64,000 bases of DNA from Eledone cirrhosa. Taxonomy: Eukaryota. How positions within the stretch are numbered: position 1 is the first letter of the stretch; every line of letters starts with the position of its first letter. Of this stretch, positions 26,620 through 40,719 are shown in pieces. Below the pieces are notes generated by a model. That model was not told the origin of the DNA. It saw only the letters and a program-made list of their open reading frames with translations, and did no database searches. The stretch covers positions 402,628,001 through 402,692,000 of the forward strand of contig OZ024741.1 of assembly GCA_964016885.1 (NCBI GenBank). Reading direction: 5' to 3'. The position numbers and the translations under genes were made by a program.

Positions 26620-29022
26620 TATTTGTTCTTTGAGTCTCAGTCATTGATGTTAGTTAACTGAAAAGTTTGTTGAAATGAATATCAAGCCACTACCTGCAGC
26701 CTCAGATATTCAGGATGTATCGGAGGGTTCTTGCTGTTCCCAGCAAGCATGCCTTTTGAAGCGTTCCAAAAAGCGGGGCGGGGCCAATTTTCTTTAACCA
26801 TCCCTGGAAACTTTTTGAGATAGTTCCTAGTGCACCTATGACAATCGGGACCACTTTGACTTCATGGCAGTTCCAAATCCTTTTTACCTCCCACTTTAAG
26901 TCCTGGTATCGGTTAATTTTCTCCCTCTCCTTCTCTTGCACTCTCGTGTCGAATGGGCAGGCCACATCCACAATCAGGCACGATCTTTTTTCTTTGTCCA
27001 CAACCACCAAGTCAGGTCTATTGTGTTCCAGTTTCTTGTCCATCTGTATCCTAAAATCCCACAGCACCTTCACCTGATCGTTTTCTATCACCGACTCTGG
27101 GTTATGCTCATACCACTTCTCAGAATGTGGTAAATTGTTTACTTTGCATAGGTGCCAGTGGATCACCCTGCCCATCACATCATGTCTCCAGCCTTTATAG
27201 TGAGTCTGGGCGAGGTGTTTACACTCGGATACAATGTGAGCCACAGTCTCCTCTCTCTCCACAGATCCTGCACAGTGGGCTAGCCTCCTCCTTGTAAATA
27301 TGGTGTTTCAACCACTTCGTTTTGAGGGCCTGCTCTTGCGCAGCCATTAGCATTCCTTCTGTAGCCTTTTAAAGGTCTCCTCTTTTCAACCAGTTCCATG
27401 TCTGTGGATCTCTGAATTCAGTTTTCTCAAAGAAGGTACTATGAAGGGATTTTTCATGAAGGCTGCTCTTTCTCCTTGTTGTTATTTCCTCCTTGGACAT
27501 CCCCTGGTCTATTGTCCTCTCCTTCAGTACAATTCTGATCATTGGCTCCTTACTATCAGTCACGTATTTGTGTAGGTTGTTTTTCTCCATCTGAACACAG
27601 TCCTCTATGCTGATAAGACCTCTTTCACCTTCAGATCTCCTTAAGTAGAGTCTATCGACATCACTCCTCTTGTGGAACATGTTGTAGATAGTCAATAGCT
27701 TCCTAGTCTTCCTATCCATTTCTTTTTGTTCAGCAACATTCCATCTCAGAATTCCCGCACTGTACCTAATAATAGACACAGCTTGGGAATTTACTGCACT
27801 TATGGCATTCCTACTGTTCAGATGTGACTTTAATACGCTCCTTACTCTCCGAAATTATTCAGATCTTATCAATTCCTTCATTTTTTTGTTCTTGATGTCA
27901 TCAGCCTCCAGAACACCTAAATACTTGTATCCTTCTTCAGTGTCAATTTCCTTTATCATCTCACCTGTTGGTACCTGGATTCCATTGCTTCTGCTCAATT
28001 TACCCCTCTTCATCACAAGGACTCCACACTTACTAATACCAAATTGCATATATATATCATTGCTGAAAATACGGACAGTGTCAACAAGCACATCCAACTC
28101 CTTCTCACTCTTCCCGAAGAGCTTAAGATTGTCCATGAAGAGGAGGTGATTGATGGTAAGCTCTCCCTTTCCCAACTTGTATCCTGCTCTCACTTTTCGC
28201 AGTATAATGGTCAGGGGCATCAGGGCAAGGACAAACAACAGAGGGGACAGACTATCTCCCTGGAAGATACCTCTCTTGATCTTCATGCCTCCCAAGGATT
28301 CTCCAGTTGATGTTAACTCTGTTTTCCAGGACTTCATACTTTTGCCCAACAACTGTCTGATGTTATCTGCCACCTTGAAGATCTCTAGGCTTTTGGTGAT
28401 CCAAGAATGAGGAACCATGTCAAATGCCTTTTTGTAGTCTATCCATCCCATGGCAAGACCAGTGTGTCTCCTCTTGCAATTCCTCCTTACCATTTTATCA
28501 ATAAGTAACTGGTCCTTTGTACCACAGGACTTCTTTCGGCATCCTTTCTGTTCGTCCAGTAACAAGTTGTTTGTGTGGAGGTGGTGGTAGATTTCCTCAG
28601 ACATAATGCTTGTCAACAGTTTCCACATTACGGACAGACATGTGATAGGTCTATAGTTGGTAACATCATTACCCTTGATTCGGTCTTTCATTATCAGAAC
28701 TGTGGTACCTTTTGTCAACCACTCTGGTACCTCACCTGACATCAAGCAGTCATTGAAGATGGTTGTCAGTTTCGGGTGGAGGGATGTTATATTTTTAATC
28801 CAATACCCCTGCACACCATCTGGGTCTGGTGATTTCCAGTTGGTTAGTTTTTTGGCCTGCCCCTTAAGAGTTTCAACTGTGATACTCAAATCAGTTTGTT
28901 GGTGTGCCTGTTCACTAATCTCCTTTTGTACTGTCTCAATCCACACTGCCTGGTCGTTATGTTTAACATCCTGCTCCCATATTCCTCTCCAGAATGTCTT
29001 AGTTTGTTCCGCCTCAGGGATC
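26620..29022 (-). mobile_element. R4/Dong-like LINE, copy 2 (different family), 5'-truncated and disrupted
   Basis: ORFs 27855-29024 (YRPITCL, GIFQGDSLSP, LLFMDNLK), 27369-27779 and 26702-27262 (ETVAHIVSEC, RPDLVV…VDVACP). Confidence 0.9.
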
Positions 29023-29023
29023 A

Positions 29024-32000
29024 ATTATTATTATTATTATTACAGTTGCATTTATCTTGCTTTATGTTCATACGAGTTATCACCAAGTCACAACCAGTGA
29101 CCTCAAGAGACAACAAGGTCCGCCATGTTCAAGAAAGAACATACATACTCACACATCCATCTTTAGTGTTTAGACTTGTGATGTACTTATATTAACAGAA
29201 TCTTCCTTAGTATATGGGCAGTTCCCATTAGTACTATCTTTTGTATTTCTCCTATACGCGGGTTTCCTGGGATTTGCGATAAGTAATCATTAGACCCCTT
29301 AGGTATCATTCCCAGAGCGCCTACAACCACTGGTATTGTTTTAGTTCTCAATTTCCACATTTTTCCAATTTCTATCTCCAGGTCCTTATACTTGCTCAAT
29401 TTTTCAAATGTTTTTATAGATACATTCTTGTCTATTGGAACGGACATATCAATTAGCAGGCATACCCTCTTTTTAAAGTCCTTCAATATTATATCAGGTC
29501 TATTTGCATCTATTTTTCGGTCTGTTTGGATGCTAAAGTTCCACAAGATTGAGATGTGATCTTTTTCAAGTATGGGAGGTGGTTGATGCTCCCACCAATT
29601 CTTTTGATGGGGCAGGTCAAAATGCTTACACATTATTCAATGTATGTATTGTGCAGCCCTGTCATGCCTGTTTAGGAATTCGGTTGGAGCTATAGGACTG
29701 CACATTGAAATTATATGGTCAATGGTCTCTGGTTGTTTTTTGCATACACGGCATAATGGGCTGCATCCATTTTTTTATTATGTTGGCTTGGTAATTTTTT
29801 GTTGGCAGACACTGATCTTGTGCTGATATAATCAGTCCTTCAGTCTCCGATTTCAGTCCAGAGGATGCCAACCACTGATGGGTTAAAGTTTTGTCAACAT
29901 CAGGATTGTTAGCTCGCTCTGGGTATTTTCCATACAGAGGCTTTTCTTGCCATTTCTTAGCCAGTTTCTGTAGCAGTTCTTTCTTTGCAGTTACTTTTAC
30001 CTGCTTTGCTTTTTCTGTGTTTTCCATTTCAGCAGTAAATGGGACTTCTGAAATTTGTAGTCCATTACTGTATCTTTGTGCATCTTTTGTAATGGAATAT
30101 GATCTTTTGATGCTTTCGTGTTTCAAAACGAGTTTGATCATCCAATCATGTGATTCCCTTAGATATGTAGATAATCCAATTGTTGCAGTTTTCAACGCAA
30201 TGTCTAACTGGATTAACCCACGTCCTCCTTCTTTCCTAGGGAGATATATTCTATCTATATCTGCCTTAGGGTGATGCATTCTGTGCATGGTTAAGAATTT
30301 TCGAATTTTTGTATCGAGCCTACGGATCTCTGTGCTTGACCAGTTGATGACATTCTAACTGTAGGTTACTACTGGTATGGCAAGCGTGTTTATGGCATCG
30401 ATCCTATTCCTTGCATTCAATTCCGTTCTTAAGATTGCTCTTACTCTGCGGTAATATTCCTTCCTTATCCTTTCCCTCATTGTCGAGTGCTTGATTCCGT
30501 CTCCTTCACAAACACCTAGATATTTGTAAGTTTTTTCTTGATCAAGTTCTCTTATCACGTTCCCCCGATCAAGATTAATGTCTGAACTCTTCAGCAGCTT
30601 TCCTCTGGTGAACGTTGCTTTGGCGCATTTATCTAGTCCAAACTCCATTTTAATGTCATCACTGAACTGCTCCACAGTGGATAATAGCCCTTGCAATTGT
30701 TCATCATTTTTTGCAAATAGTTTCAGGTCATCCATGTAGAACAAGTGATTAATGGTTTTGTCATAGACTTTATATCCATGTTTTGTTTCATTGAGCATTT
30801 TACTTAATGGTATAAGTGCGATGCAGAATAAAAGCAGTGATAAAGAGTCACCCTGAAAAATTCCACAATTAATATTAACTTCTCCAGCTTCCAGTGATTT
30901 TGTTTCACTATTCAAAAGGAGTGTCGTTTTCCATGTCTTCATACTGAATGACAAAAACCTCCCGACAACGGGGGATATTTTGAAAATCTCTAAACATTTT
31001 TCAATCCAACTGTGTGGCAAACTATCGAATGCTTTTTTATAATCTATCCAAGCAATCGATAGATTTTTGTGTCTATTATGACAATCTTCCAGTATCATTT
31101 TGTTAACCAGAAGCTGATCCTTACAGCCATATGAGCCTCGTTTACACCCTTTCTGCTCAATGGGAAATAGGTCATTTGTTATCAGGTAGTCATATGTGTA
31201 TTCAGTTAGGACTGATGTTAAAATTTTATACATTGTGGTCAAGCAAGTTATCGGTCTGTAATTTTGGGGATTGTTTGTCTCATCATTCTTCGGAAGCAGG
31301 AATGTAATGCCGTTAACTAGCCATGATGGTATCTTTTCTGGCTCCTTAACTATTTCATTGTAAAGTTGGGCTAACAGCTCATGAGACTCTGTGAAGGCAT
31401 TTATCCAAAAGTTTTGTATTTTGTCTTTTCCTGGGGATTTCCATTTGCTGGTTTTTCTTAGAGCCAAGCGCAACTGTTCAACTGTTATATTTTCCCATAT
31501 TTGTTCCTCAAGGTGAGCTGTATCTTTCATTTGTCTGTCTATCCATGGGGCATGTATGTTATGAACTTTTCCCAGAATTCTTGCACTTCCTCCTTGGGTG
31601 GTATTGATTTAGCAGTTATTGTTGACTTACCAATTTTTCTGTAGAAGTTTCTTCGGTTGTTTTTGAACATATTATTGTCCTTATAGAATCTAGATCGTTT
31701 TTCAAAGCGCCTTATACGGGCAGCTTTGGCCGACACTTTTTGCTTGATTATTTCTATCAGCATGTCTATGTCACTTGTTGATTTTATACTGTACTTTTTT
31801 TTCAATTTTCTAAGTTTAGTTTGTTTAACATGTTCACCTACTTTATAGTTTGTTAAAATTTCTATGTCAGATCGGAGAAGGTTTATTTGGCGATTGATGT
31901 TCTCTTGCCAAGTAGATTTCTTGTGGGAATTCCTTTGCTTTTTCATCTTCACTCCACATAAGTGAGTGGTGACTTTAGCCGATGCATAATAGAGATGATT

Positions 32001-32990
32001 TAAATCAGTAATGTTTAGTTTGTTTGTGATGATAATGTTTTTGAGAATTATGTTAGTCTTGTGTATTATCTTTTGGTTCTGTTTGAACTTCTGGATCTTA
32101 GGGAGGGTGTCTCGTTTCCCCATGTCAGATTCTTTCATTTTCATCCATTCGATCATAATTCATCCTTCAAGTTGGCAAGTTCATTCTCATTCATTTCTTT
32201 ATCATTTACGATCTCATTATTTTCATTTGGAGTTTCATCCTGAGCATGCACTCCCTCCACTTTTTCGATCCTTTCTTTAATTTGTTCTGTTGCCAGTGAT
32301 TCCGCCCCAACCCTGGGATTCGAAGTGTTACAGTTTACCTCGTTTTCACTGACACATGTTTCATTTTCCCTTCGCTGACTTTGTGCTAATAGCTTGATCT
32401 GATCAATTTCTATATCAGTTAGTAACTTTTTTCTTACAATATTTCTTCGTATATTGGCTAGTTTGTTACTGTCAATATAGCCTCTGTTTTCGGGATGTTT
32501 CTTTTCCCAGTTGATATATGTCTGTTCTGTATTCGATGTATTTGATGGGTAGTACATGGCAGTGTAGAAAGCCTCAAGGACTTCTTTATTATCTTCCCTT
32601 GACCATTTTTCTCTCTTTTCTTTGGATTTCTTGGTGGTGAGCATGGAGGGCCAACAGTAGGAGTATTCCGGTTATGGGAGGTCTCCAGCTCCGAAGTGAT
32701 GGGAAGGTTTGAACCATTAGCTGATTTTTCGACCCCAGTCTGGTTCCTCTCTGAGGGACGCGGCCCTTTTTTACCCGGATGACGGCCGATCCGGTATGAG
32801 ATTTTATCATTAGACATTTACTTTATTTTGTCGCGTTTTATCCTTATCCGCCAAGGGGTAATCATTTCGTGTTACCACTTCTAGAACGAGTGTCAACCAA
32901 GACTAGAGGGGTCGTTCTCCCCTAGAGACACGGCTATTCCCCGCCGGCCGCCATCCCGGTATTTCTTGGTCACAGGGTTTTCTTTTTGTT
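29024..32990 (-). mobile_element. R4/Dong-like LINE, copy 3, near full length, with (TAA)n tail
   Basis: Collinear ORF pieces 32817 to 29187 cover the N-terminal KWSREDNKEV region, RT (LFYMDDLK) and RLE (RPDIILKD…LIDMSVP). A GC-rich 5' leader lies at 32820-32990. Confidence 0.9.
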
Positions 32991-33966
32991 GTTTTTTTAA
33001 AATTGTTATTATCATGAGTGGTTCCTTAATGTGAGCATTGCGTGGCTTAAGAATGAAATTATTAATAACTGTCTCCACTCCAGGCACAAGGCCAGCAATC
33101 ACCCAGTGCATTACAATATTATAATATACTTTTTGCTGAAGTTGCCTGTTATTGTTGTTAGCTATGTCGGTGGTAGTGATGGGGCTTTTTATATTGTTGG
33201 TGAGGAAGGGGTGAGCCAGCAGTGCCATAGTTGTTGATGTTGACGTTTGGCCGGTGGCCAGGTCACTAAGTCAATCTATTTATATCTTTTGCTAGCCTCT
33301 CCCTTGTCTAGTGATACCGCCACCTTCCCCTTTCTCTCTCAAGTTAACAGGGGAATAGTGGTGGTAGTAAAGAAGGAGTGGTGGCGGCGGTGATGGGATA
33401 GTGGTAGCAATGATGGATGGAGTGGTGGCGGCGGTGGCGTTGTCGTTACTGAGTTTTGTGATATGTAGTATCTATGAGTTTGTGTCGCGTATGTTTAATA
33501 TATATTGTGTTGACATATTCCCATAAAATTGGAATTAAACATTTTGTTAAAACTTGAGACAATAATAATAGTAATTATTATTATGATGCTGGGATTGGTG
33601 GTGGTGGTGGTGAAATTGCCGTTATCTGGCTGTTATATTTAGTGTGATGGGGTAGGTGGTGTATCAAGTTTCTGGTGTTGGTGAAATTGCTGTAATTTGG
33701 CTGTTCTATATAGTTTAGACAGAGGGTGTTTTCTTCCATTTATAACCATTTTCTTTTTTGAATACAAAATATATATAATACAAAATTGAATATTTGAGCG
33801 ATATAACAATATAATATGGATCCGAAATTTTATGGGACTTGATTCGGTGGTTTATGCAACATTTGTACTAAGAATTGTTATTTCACAATTGATTTAAATA
33901 TGTTAAAAATCAAAAACTTAAGGGAGCGATTTCATGACCTTCTACCACCTCGTGCGTCTTCTTCCC

Positions 33967-34040
<74 letters not shown>

Positions 34041-37000
34041 GGAGACCTACGAAGTAAATCGTATCATCGTGAGCTCCGCAAAGGTTTGTTGCTTTCATTT
34101 GTTTAAAATTGCCATTTATGGAAAATTTTATTGTTAAATGTATATAAGTGCACATACATTGTTTTCTGTAGAGGACACTCAAAAAGATTGGGGCCTTGAG
34201 CCCAAAATTTAAACTTTTATAATTATACAAAAAAAAAAAATTTCGTTGAAAAATCATGGCCGACTCCCAGCTGAACCCAGTAGCTGAGAGCCTTCCTCAC
34301 AAACTAACACCTCACACCGACACCACCATTGTAAATATTACTACGTTTGCCAACACTAAAAATATAAGCAGTAGCAATATTTTAAATTTCTCTCAGGCAG
34401 ACATTCATTTCCCGCCATTACCAATGACTGCAAGTGTTAAAACCGCCCCCCCCCCCACCACCACCACCACAGCGACAACAAACAAAAGAAAAAATAAATT
34501 AACTCGTGATATCGAAATGAATTCAACCAAAATGAACTCTTCCACACCGAACACCACTGACGCCACCACCATCACAACTGAAACTAAAATTAACAATAAC
34601 AAAAATGACGATAACAACAACAGCAACAATGAAGTTAAGAAAACTGCCCTGTCTTTTGCGAGAGTAGCAAAAAAGTGCGAAGCATTCCAGGTAACCCTGG
34701 AGGAATTAGAAGAAGCCAAAAAAATGGTAAAGAAAGATGGGTACAGGGTCAGCCCCCCTCCTAATAAAATGGAGCATCGGCGCCTATGCACCGTGTCTTA
34801 TCGGACGATTAACATAAAATCGCGCCGAGTGGAACGGGCATCCGAGTCCCAAATCCAAAAAGCTTTGGGACATGTGTGGGCAAAAAAACCCCACATCAGA
34901 CGTGAGCAGAAATATGGAACCGTGGACGTGTTCTTTGAAACACCACAGGAGGCCAGAGAACACTCCATGGCCCCATAAAGAAGTGATGACTTTACACTCG
35001 TCCCAAGCTTTTGTGGCCAGAGACTCGTGAAGATCAGGGTGACCCACATTCCACCGGCCATCAAAATTCCCTGGCTAATGGCTGCCGTCCTTGCCGGCAT
35101 CGAAGCCAACACCAAGATAATCGAAATAGCAAAAGAAAAGCAGGAGAACTGGTCCGGATCTGGGATGGAGCTCCTGATCCAAGCGGACCAAAAAAGCATT
35201 GAGGAGATCCCAGAGGTAATAGACCTCACTGACGGCAGCCACCTCACCGTAATCGCCGAGGGCATAAGGCCTAGGTGTGTCGTTTGTGGTGAAGGAACCC
35301 ACCTAAGGGCTTTCTGCCCTCAGGCTAAAAGGTTGAGGCCACCTCTCTTACCCACCCCAGTGACTCAACCATCAACACCACCAGCAGCAGAAATGGCAGC
35401 AACAACTGTAGCAGCAGCAACAGAAGCAACTGTAACAGCAACAATCCCAGCAACAGTAGCAAAACCAACATCACCACCACCCAACGCGCCAGAACTAGCA
35501 CCAGCGCCTACACCATCCACCACGCCACAACCAAAACCAACGCCTGTGGAGGATTTTCCACTCCCCGACCTATCGCAACTGGAGACAGATTGTGACGGCG
35601 AGGAGTGGGAAACGGTATCAGGAAAAAAAGAAAAAGAAACCAAAAAAGAAAAAAATCCTCTCCCCCCCAAAAAAAAAACAAAATACAGAGGGAAACAAAT
35701 AAACTATCAAACAAAAAAGTTAGGACAGCTATGCCACCATCCACACCAGCATCACCAACCCCATCACCACAAACACCAACACCATCACCATCATTAACCC
35801 CAACAACACCATCACCAACACCACAAAAGTCACCAAAAAGCGAAACAGAAACAAACCCACAACAAACGCAAACAAAACAAAACAACCAAAACGATACACA
35901 CTACACAGCATTAAATTTGAACAACAACCAATTATTACACTACATCCAACACAACACCAGCATCACAGAAAAAGACTACACAACAACCCAAAAGTTCACA
36001 CCAACCTCCACACATACAAATCACTCGCATCACACAGAAAACGTACACTACACTAAAACAAAAATTCCCCAAAGACATCGGAGACTTCCGACAAGCACTC
36101 TCCAGGAGGATTTATAAGGACATCCTTCCGCAGGAAGCCACAAGCAGTGAGAAGGATGGAGAAACCATCCTTCCTCTACGAGAAGTAAGGTAAGTGGTTT
36201 TTCCCATCTTTTCCATTCCATTTCAACATGACCTCACTCAGAATAGGCAGCATAAATGCGCGTGGCTTGGGGTCGTCATGGAAGCAGGGCCACCTGCTCA
36301 ACGATCTCAGGTCACTAAACATAGATGTAGTGGCCATCAGCGAGACCAGAATCTCCGAAGCACGGGCCTTCGCACCGATCTTCGGCGGCTACGATGTGTA
36401 CGCATCTCCCAGCCGTCCTGGATCGGGGGGGGGGAGGAGTTGCTGTGCTTTTTCGGAGAGGTTTGGATCTCGCCATACGGGCCATCTTCCTGGACCCAGA
36501 AGGTAAGTTGGTGTTGCTGGACGTGACCAGCAGAGACGGGCAAGCTTTCAGGCTAGTGGCCGTCTATGCCCCGACAGGAGCAGGGCGGCCTGTTTCTTCC
36601 GGCGTCTGGAGACCTTTCTTGGAACGTCCCGCTCTTTAGTGTTAGTGGGCGACTGGAACGGGATCTTAGATGCACGCTGGGATTGTGTGGGATTAGCGGA
36701 TAGGGGAGGAGGGTGCAAGAGCCTCACCAACTTGCTCAGGCGTTTTCAACTGTCTGACAGGTACCGATTGGATTTCCCGAATGTGCCAATGTGGACTTGG
36801 ACAAACCGCATAGGGTCATCTAGATCATATCTAGATAGAGTATTTTGTAGGGAAATAGATAGGTCTAGCATAGGCTGTCCACAATTCAAGATAGTCAGCT
36901 ACACGGATCACAAATTCGTGATCTGTGTGCTTGACTTAGATAGGCTTTATAGACGAGGACCCGGCTACTGGAAGCTAAACGCGTCCTTACCAGCGCGCAA

Positions 37001-39870
37001 GGCCTACAGAGACTGGATTAGCGAACTAGTTAAGTGGGCATTGACGGGGCCCATCGTGAACAACAAGTGGTGGTTTGCTCTGAAAAGAGCGATTAGAATA
37101 GAGTCCATTAGGTTTAGTAAGGCTTTAGCAATAGAGAAAAATAGAGCAGAGGGAGAACTAGTTAGAAAATTAGAAGAGGCGCTTAGCAAAGGCATCGCAA
37201 CCGACGTACTTGCGGCGAATTGGCCCTTGACCAATTCTTCAATGCAAAGCACGAAGGCTGCGTTGTCAGAGCTAGGGTGCATGCTCTCAGACACGAGGGG
37301 ACGAAAGCCATTCAATGGACCCGAGTGGCGGAGGCGCGTCGTGGCAACAAAGCCACGATCCGGTCTTTGGTGGACCACGATGGGCGCATGCTAGTCGATC
37401 CCGGGCAAATGTGTGAAGCTTTACAGCGACATTTCGCACAGCTGTTCGGGGGCAGCCGCGGGCCGGGTCGAGGGATGGACTTTAGTGTCTACCTCGACGG
37501 ACTGTTGCGAAAAGCCGATAACAGCCGCTGAAGTACGGGAGGCAATGACTGGCTGCACAAGGGGTAAATCGCCTGGTTTGGATGGTTTGCCCTATGAACT
37601 TTACGTACAGATGCCAGACTTGTTCGGAGGCCTCTTGGCGGACGTCTACTGCAACTGGCAACAGAACGGGAGAATTCCCAGCTCTGTGAGCCGAGGAGCG
37701 GTGGCGCTGCTGAGAAAGGATCCGAACAAGGGGGATAACATAGATAATTTCAGGCCCATAACTCTGCTTAACACAGAGTTCAAGATTTTGGCCAAGGTGC
37801 TAGCAAAGAGGTTGGCGCTTGTCGTTGGTGATCTGGTGGGAGAGGCGTAGACATGCGCCATTCTTGACAGATCCATCCACGACAACCTCCACCTCATGCG
37901 ATACATCGTAGAGAGGGTAGCTAGGGAACCTGGCTCGGGTGGGTCCTTGATCAATTTAGATCAGTCGAAAGCTTTCGATAGGGTCGACCATCGTTACCTA
38001 GCGGCAGTCCTGAGGGCGACTGGCTTTGGGCCCGTCTTCAGAGGCTGGATCGCTGCCATGCACAGCGACATCTGCTCTGTGGTGAGAGTGAACGGTCACC
38101 TTTCGGAACCGTTCAACATCATGCGCTCGGTCTGCCAAGGATGTCCCCTCTCGTCCCTCTTGTACGTATTGACTCTCGAGCCATTACTGCACAAACTGGA
38201 GATGTTGAGGGGAGTCCCGCGCGAACTAGGATGCAGAAGATCCGTGTCAGCATATGCGGACGATGTCACTGTAGTGGTGTCGAACGCCAAACACATCGAG
38301 GTGATCGGCACTACACTAAGAGAATACGAAGTGGTGACAGGAGCAATGATCAACCAGGAAAAGTCAGTGGGCCTGCAGCTCGGCACCTGGAGAGGCAGGT
38401 CCATGCCGCCCAACAGTGTCGTTAGGCGCTGGACGGACGGACCGGTTAAATTGCTAGGGGTCTGGTTCGGTCCGGACCTCCAGACGGACAAAAACTGGGA
38501 TGAGGTGACGAGCAGGGTGGCTTCTCTCACCCAGAAATGGGCGGAGAGGAAGCTATCCCTGAAAGGTCGAGCGGAGGTGGCTAACACGTACATCACGTCC
38601 GTCATCTACTACCTCCTGACCGTCGTATCTCGTCCTAAGCCCCGCCTGACTGCGCTGGAGCGTTTGCTCTTTCGCTTTTTGTGGAAGGGACGCGCTCCGA
38701 TGGTCAGGCGGTCCATCTGCTGTCAACACCCGCTACATGAAGGGCTGGGCATGCCGTGGGTGATGATGCACAGACACGCGCTCAGGCTACGACATTTCCA
38801 CCTCTTCCTCGACGGTGATCAGGTGTGGTCGCCGTTTGCTAGATGCGTCTTTCCCCAGCTCGTCTCCTTGACGGAGCTGTAGTCCTGGGTCAAGCGAAGA
38901 CCGAGAGGGAGCGCTTGGAGACTGGAATGTCTTCAGGCGCTCACAGCCCTCGACCAATCGGGCAATGTGATCGGTGGAAACACCACCATGGCGTTCTATA
39001 GAGGATTAGTGGAGGGGAAGAGCGACGACGTACTTGGAGAAACTCTAGGCGTCGACGAAAATCAACTAGCCAATCTCTTCGGAAGAACTTTTGGGCCGGG
39101 GCCTATGGACAACTTCCAGAAATCCCTGGCCTGGCAGTGCTACCGAGGAGCTTTGCTAGTTCGGAATAAACTCTACAGGCATAGAGGTGCCATCAGCCGG
39201 GCATGTCCGAGATGCGCGCAGGGCGACGAAACTGTCCTGCGTGCACTCGTCCAGTGTCCGAGCATTGCTGACTTGTGGGTTTATGTCGAACACCTGCTGT
39301 CACGTGTAGGACAGATCCAGCTATCAGCTGAGTCCATCGTGAGGATTGCCCCGCTCTCTTCCTTTAGCCGGGAAGGGCAGGCAGTTTTTATCTGTCTGGT
39401 GGCCATGGCGAAAGAGATAATATGGTGGACACATTTGAAAGGGCTGAAGACGAGCACTTACCTCTTCGGTGATGCCCTGATTAACTTTTTCAAATTTCAT
39501 TTGAAAAGGAAAATCAGGGTAGAGAGGGAAGTGCTCTCTTCCCAGCATTTTGTTGAAAGATGGGTGAGAGAAGCAAGTATGGCTCGAGTGAATGGGCCTA
39601 CTCTGAGTATGTGTCTGTAAATTAAAGGTGGAAAACTGGGAGAGGGCACTTGCCCTGGTGGTCAGGGTCACTGTGGCTTTTAATGGGCTTTCTCCACAAA
39701 TGTCCCTCGGAAGTCTCCCCCCTATTGGGGAATTTTTTCATTGTTTTTTTTTTGTTACATCCTGCTTTTGTTTTTTTACACGCAGAAATGCCCATTTGTA
39801 CCCTCCTGTATTGCCCTGTACTGTCCTTAATGTCTGCTTTATGTAAACCCTTGTGGTTAATAAAGAAATC
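34041..39870 (+). mobile_element. L1/Tx1-clade LINE, near full length, between (ATT)n tracts
   Basis: ORF1 starts at 34256 with a CxxCxxxxHxxxxC knuckle (CVVCGEGTHLRAFC). ORF2 (36228-39620) has an APE endonuclease (SINARGL, SETR, GDWN, YLDR, TDH), RT (RPITLLN, QGCPLS, YADD) and a C-terminal CPRC. It has frameshifts and stops, and ends aataaagaaatc(att)n. Confidence 0.92.
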
Positions 39871-39889
39871 ATTATTATTATTGTTGTTA

Positions 39890-40292
39890 TTCCTTGAATC
39901 TCAGTCATTGATGTTGGTTAACTAGAAAGTCCGTTGGAATGAATATCAAGCCACTACCTGCAGCCTCAGATATTCAGGACGTATCGGAGGGTTCTTGCTG
40001 TTCCAAGCAAGCATGCCTTTTGAAGCATTCCAAAAAGCGTGAAGGGGCCGATTTTCTTTAACCATCCCTGGAAACTTTTGGAGTTAGTCCCCAGTGCGCC
40101 TATGACAATCGGGATCACTTTGACTTCATGGCAGTTCCAAATCCTTTTCACCTCCCACTTTAGGTCCTTGTATCGGTTAATTTTCTCCCTCTCCTTCTCT
40201 TGCATTCTCGTGTCAAAAGGGCAGGCCACATCCACAATCAGACACGATCTTTTTTCTTTGTCCACAACCACCAGGTCAGGTCTATTGTGTTC

Positions 40293-40293
<1 letters not shown>
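39890..40293 (-). mobile_element. R4/Dong-like 3' fragment (same family as copy 2)
   Basis: Nearly identical to 26625-27030. Flanked by (ATT)n on both sides. Confidence 0.9.
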
Positions 40294-40343
<50 letters not shown>

Positions 40344-40719
40344 GAGGTCCATAAAATAAAGTACCAGTAATGCACTGGGGCCGATTTAATTGACTTTCCC
40401 TTCCCTCAAAATTGTTGGCCTTGTGCCTATAGTAGAAATTATTATTATTATAATATAACACATAATACATAAGCTGAGGTAGTATTAAGTGAAAAGTAAG
40501 TAATATTTATGCATTAAAAGTCGGAAATCGATAATTATTTAATGATGTTAGAAATCAATATTTACCAATTAAGAATTTATTTCTGTGAAATGAATGTGTT
40601 TTAAGTGAGTTCTACCCCCACCTCCCTCAATAACATTGTTTGTCAGATCAATATAACAATTACTTTAGTTTATAACTGTTTATGAGGAATTCTCTTTCTG
40701 AAATCGGCAGTTGTAAACT

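Noticed and set aside
33900-33945. KNLRERFHDL resembling KSLRERFINL at 6315-6345
   Set aside because: The match is too short, DNA identity is low, and there is no gene structure. It is probably chance.
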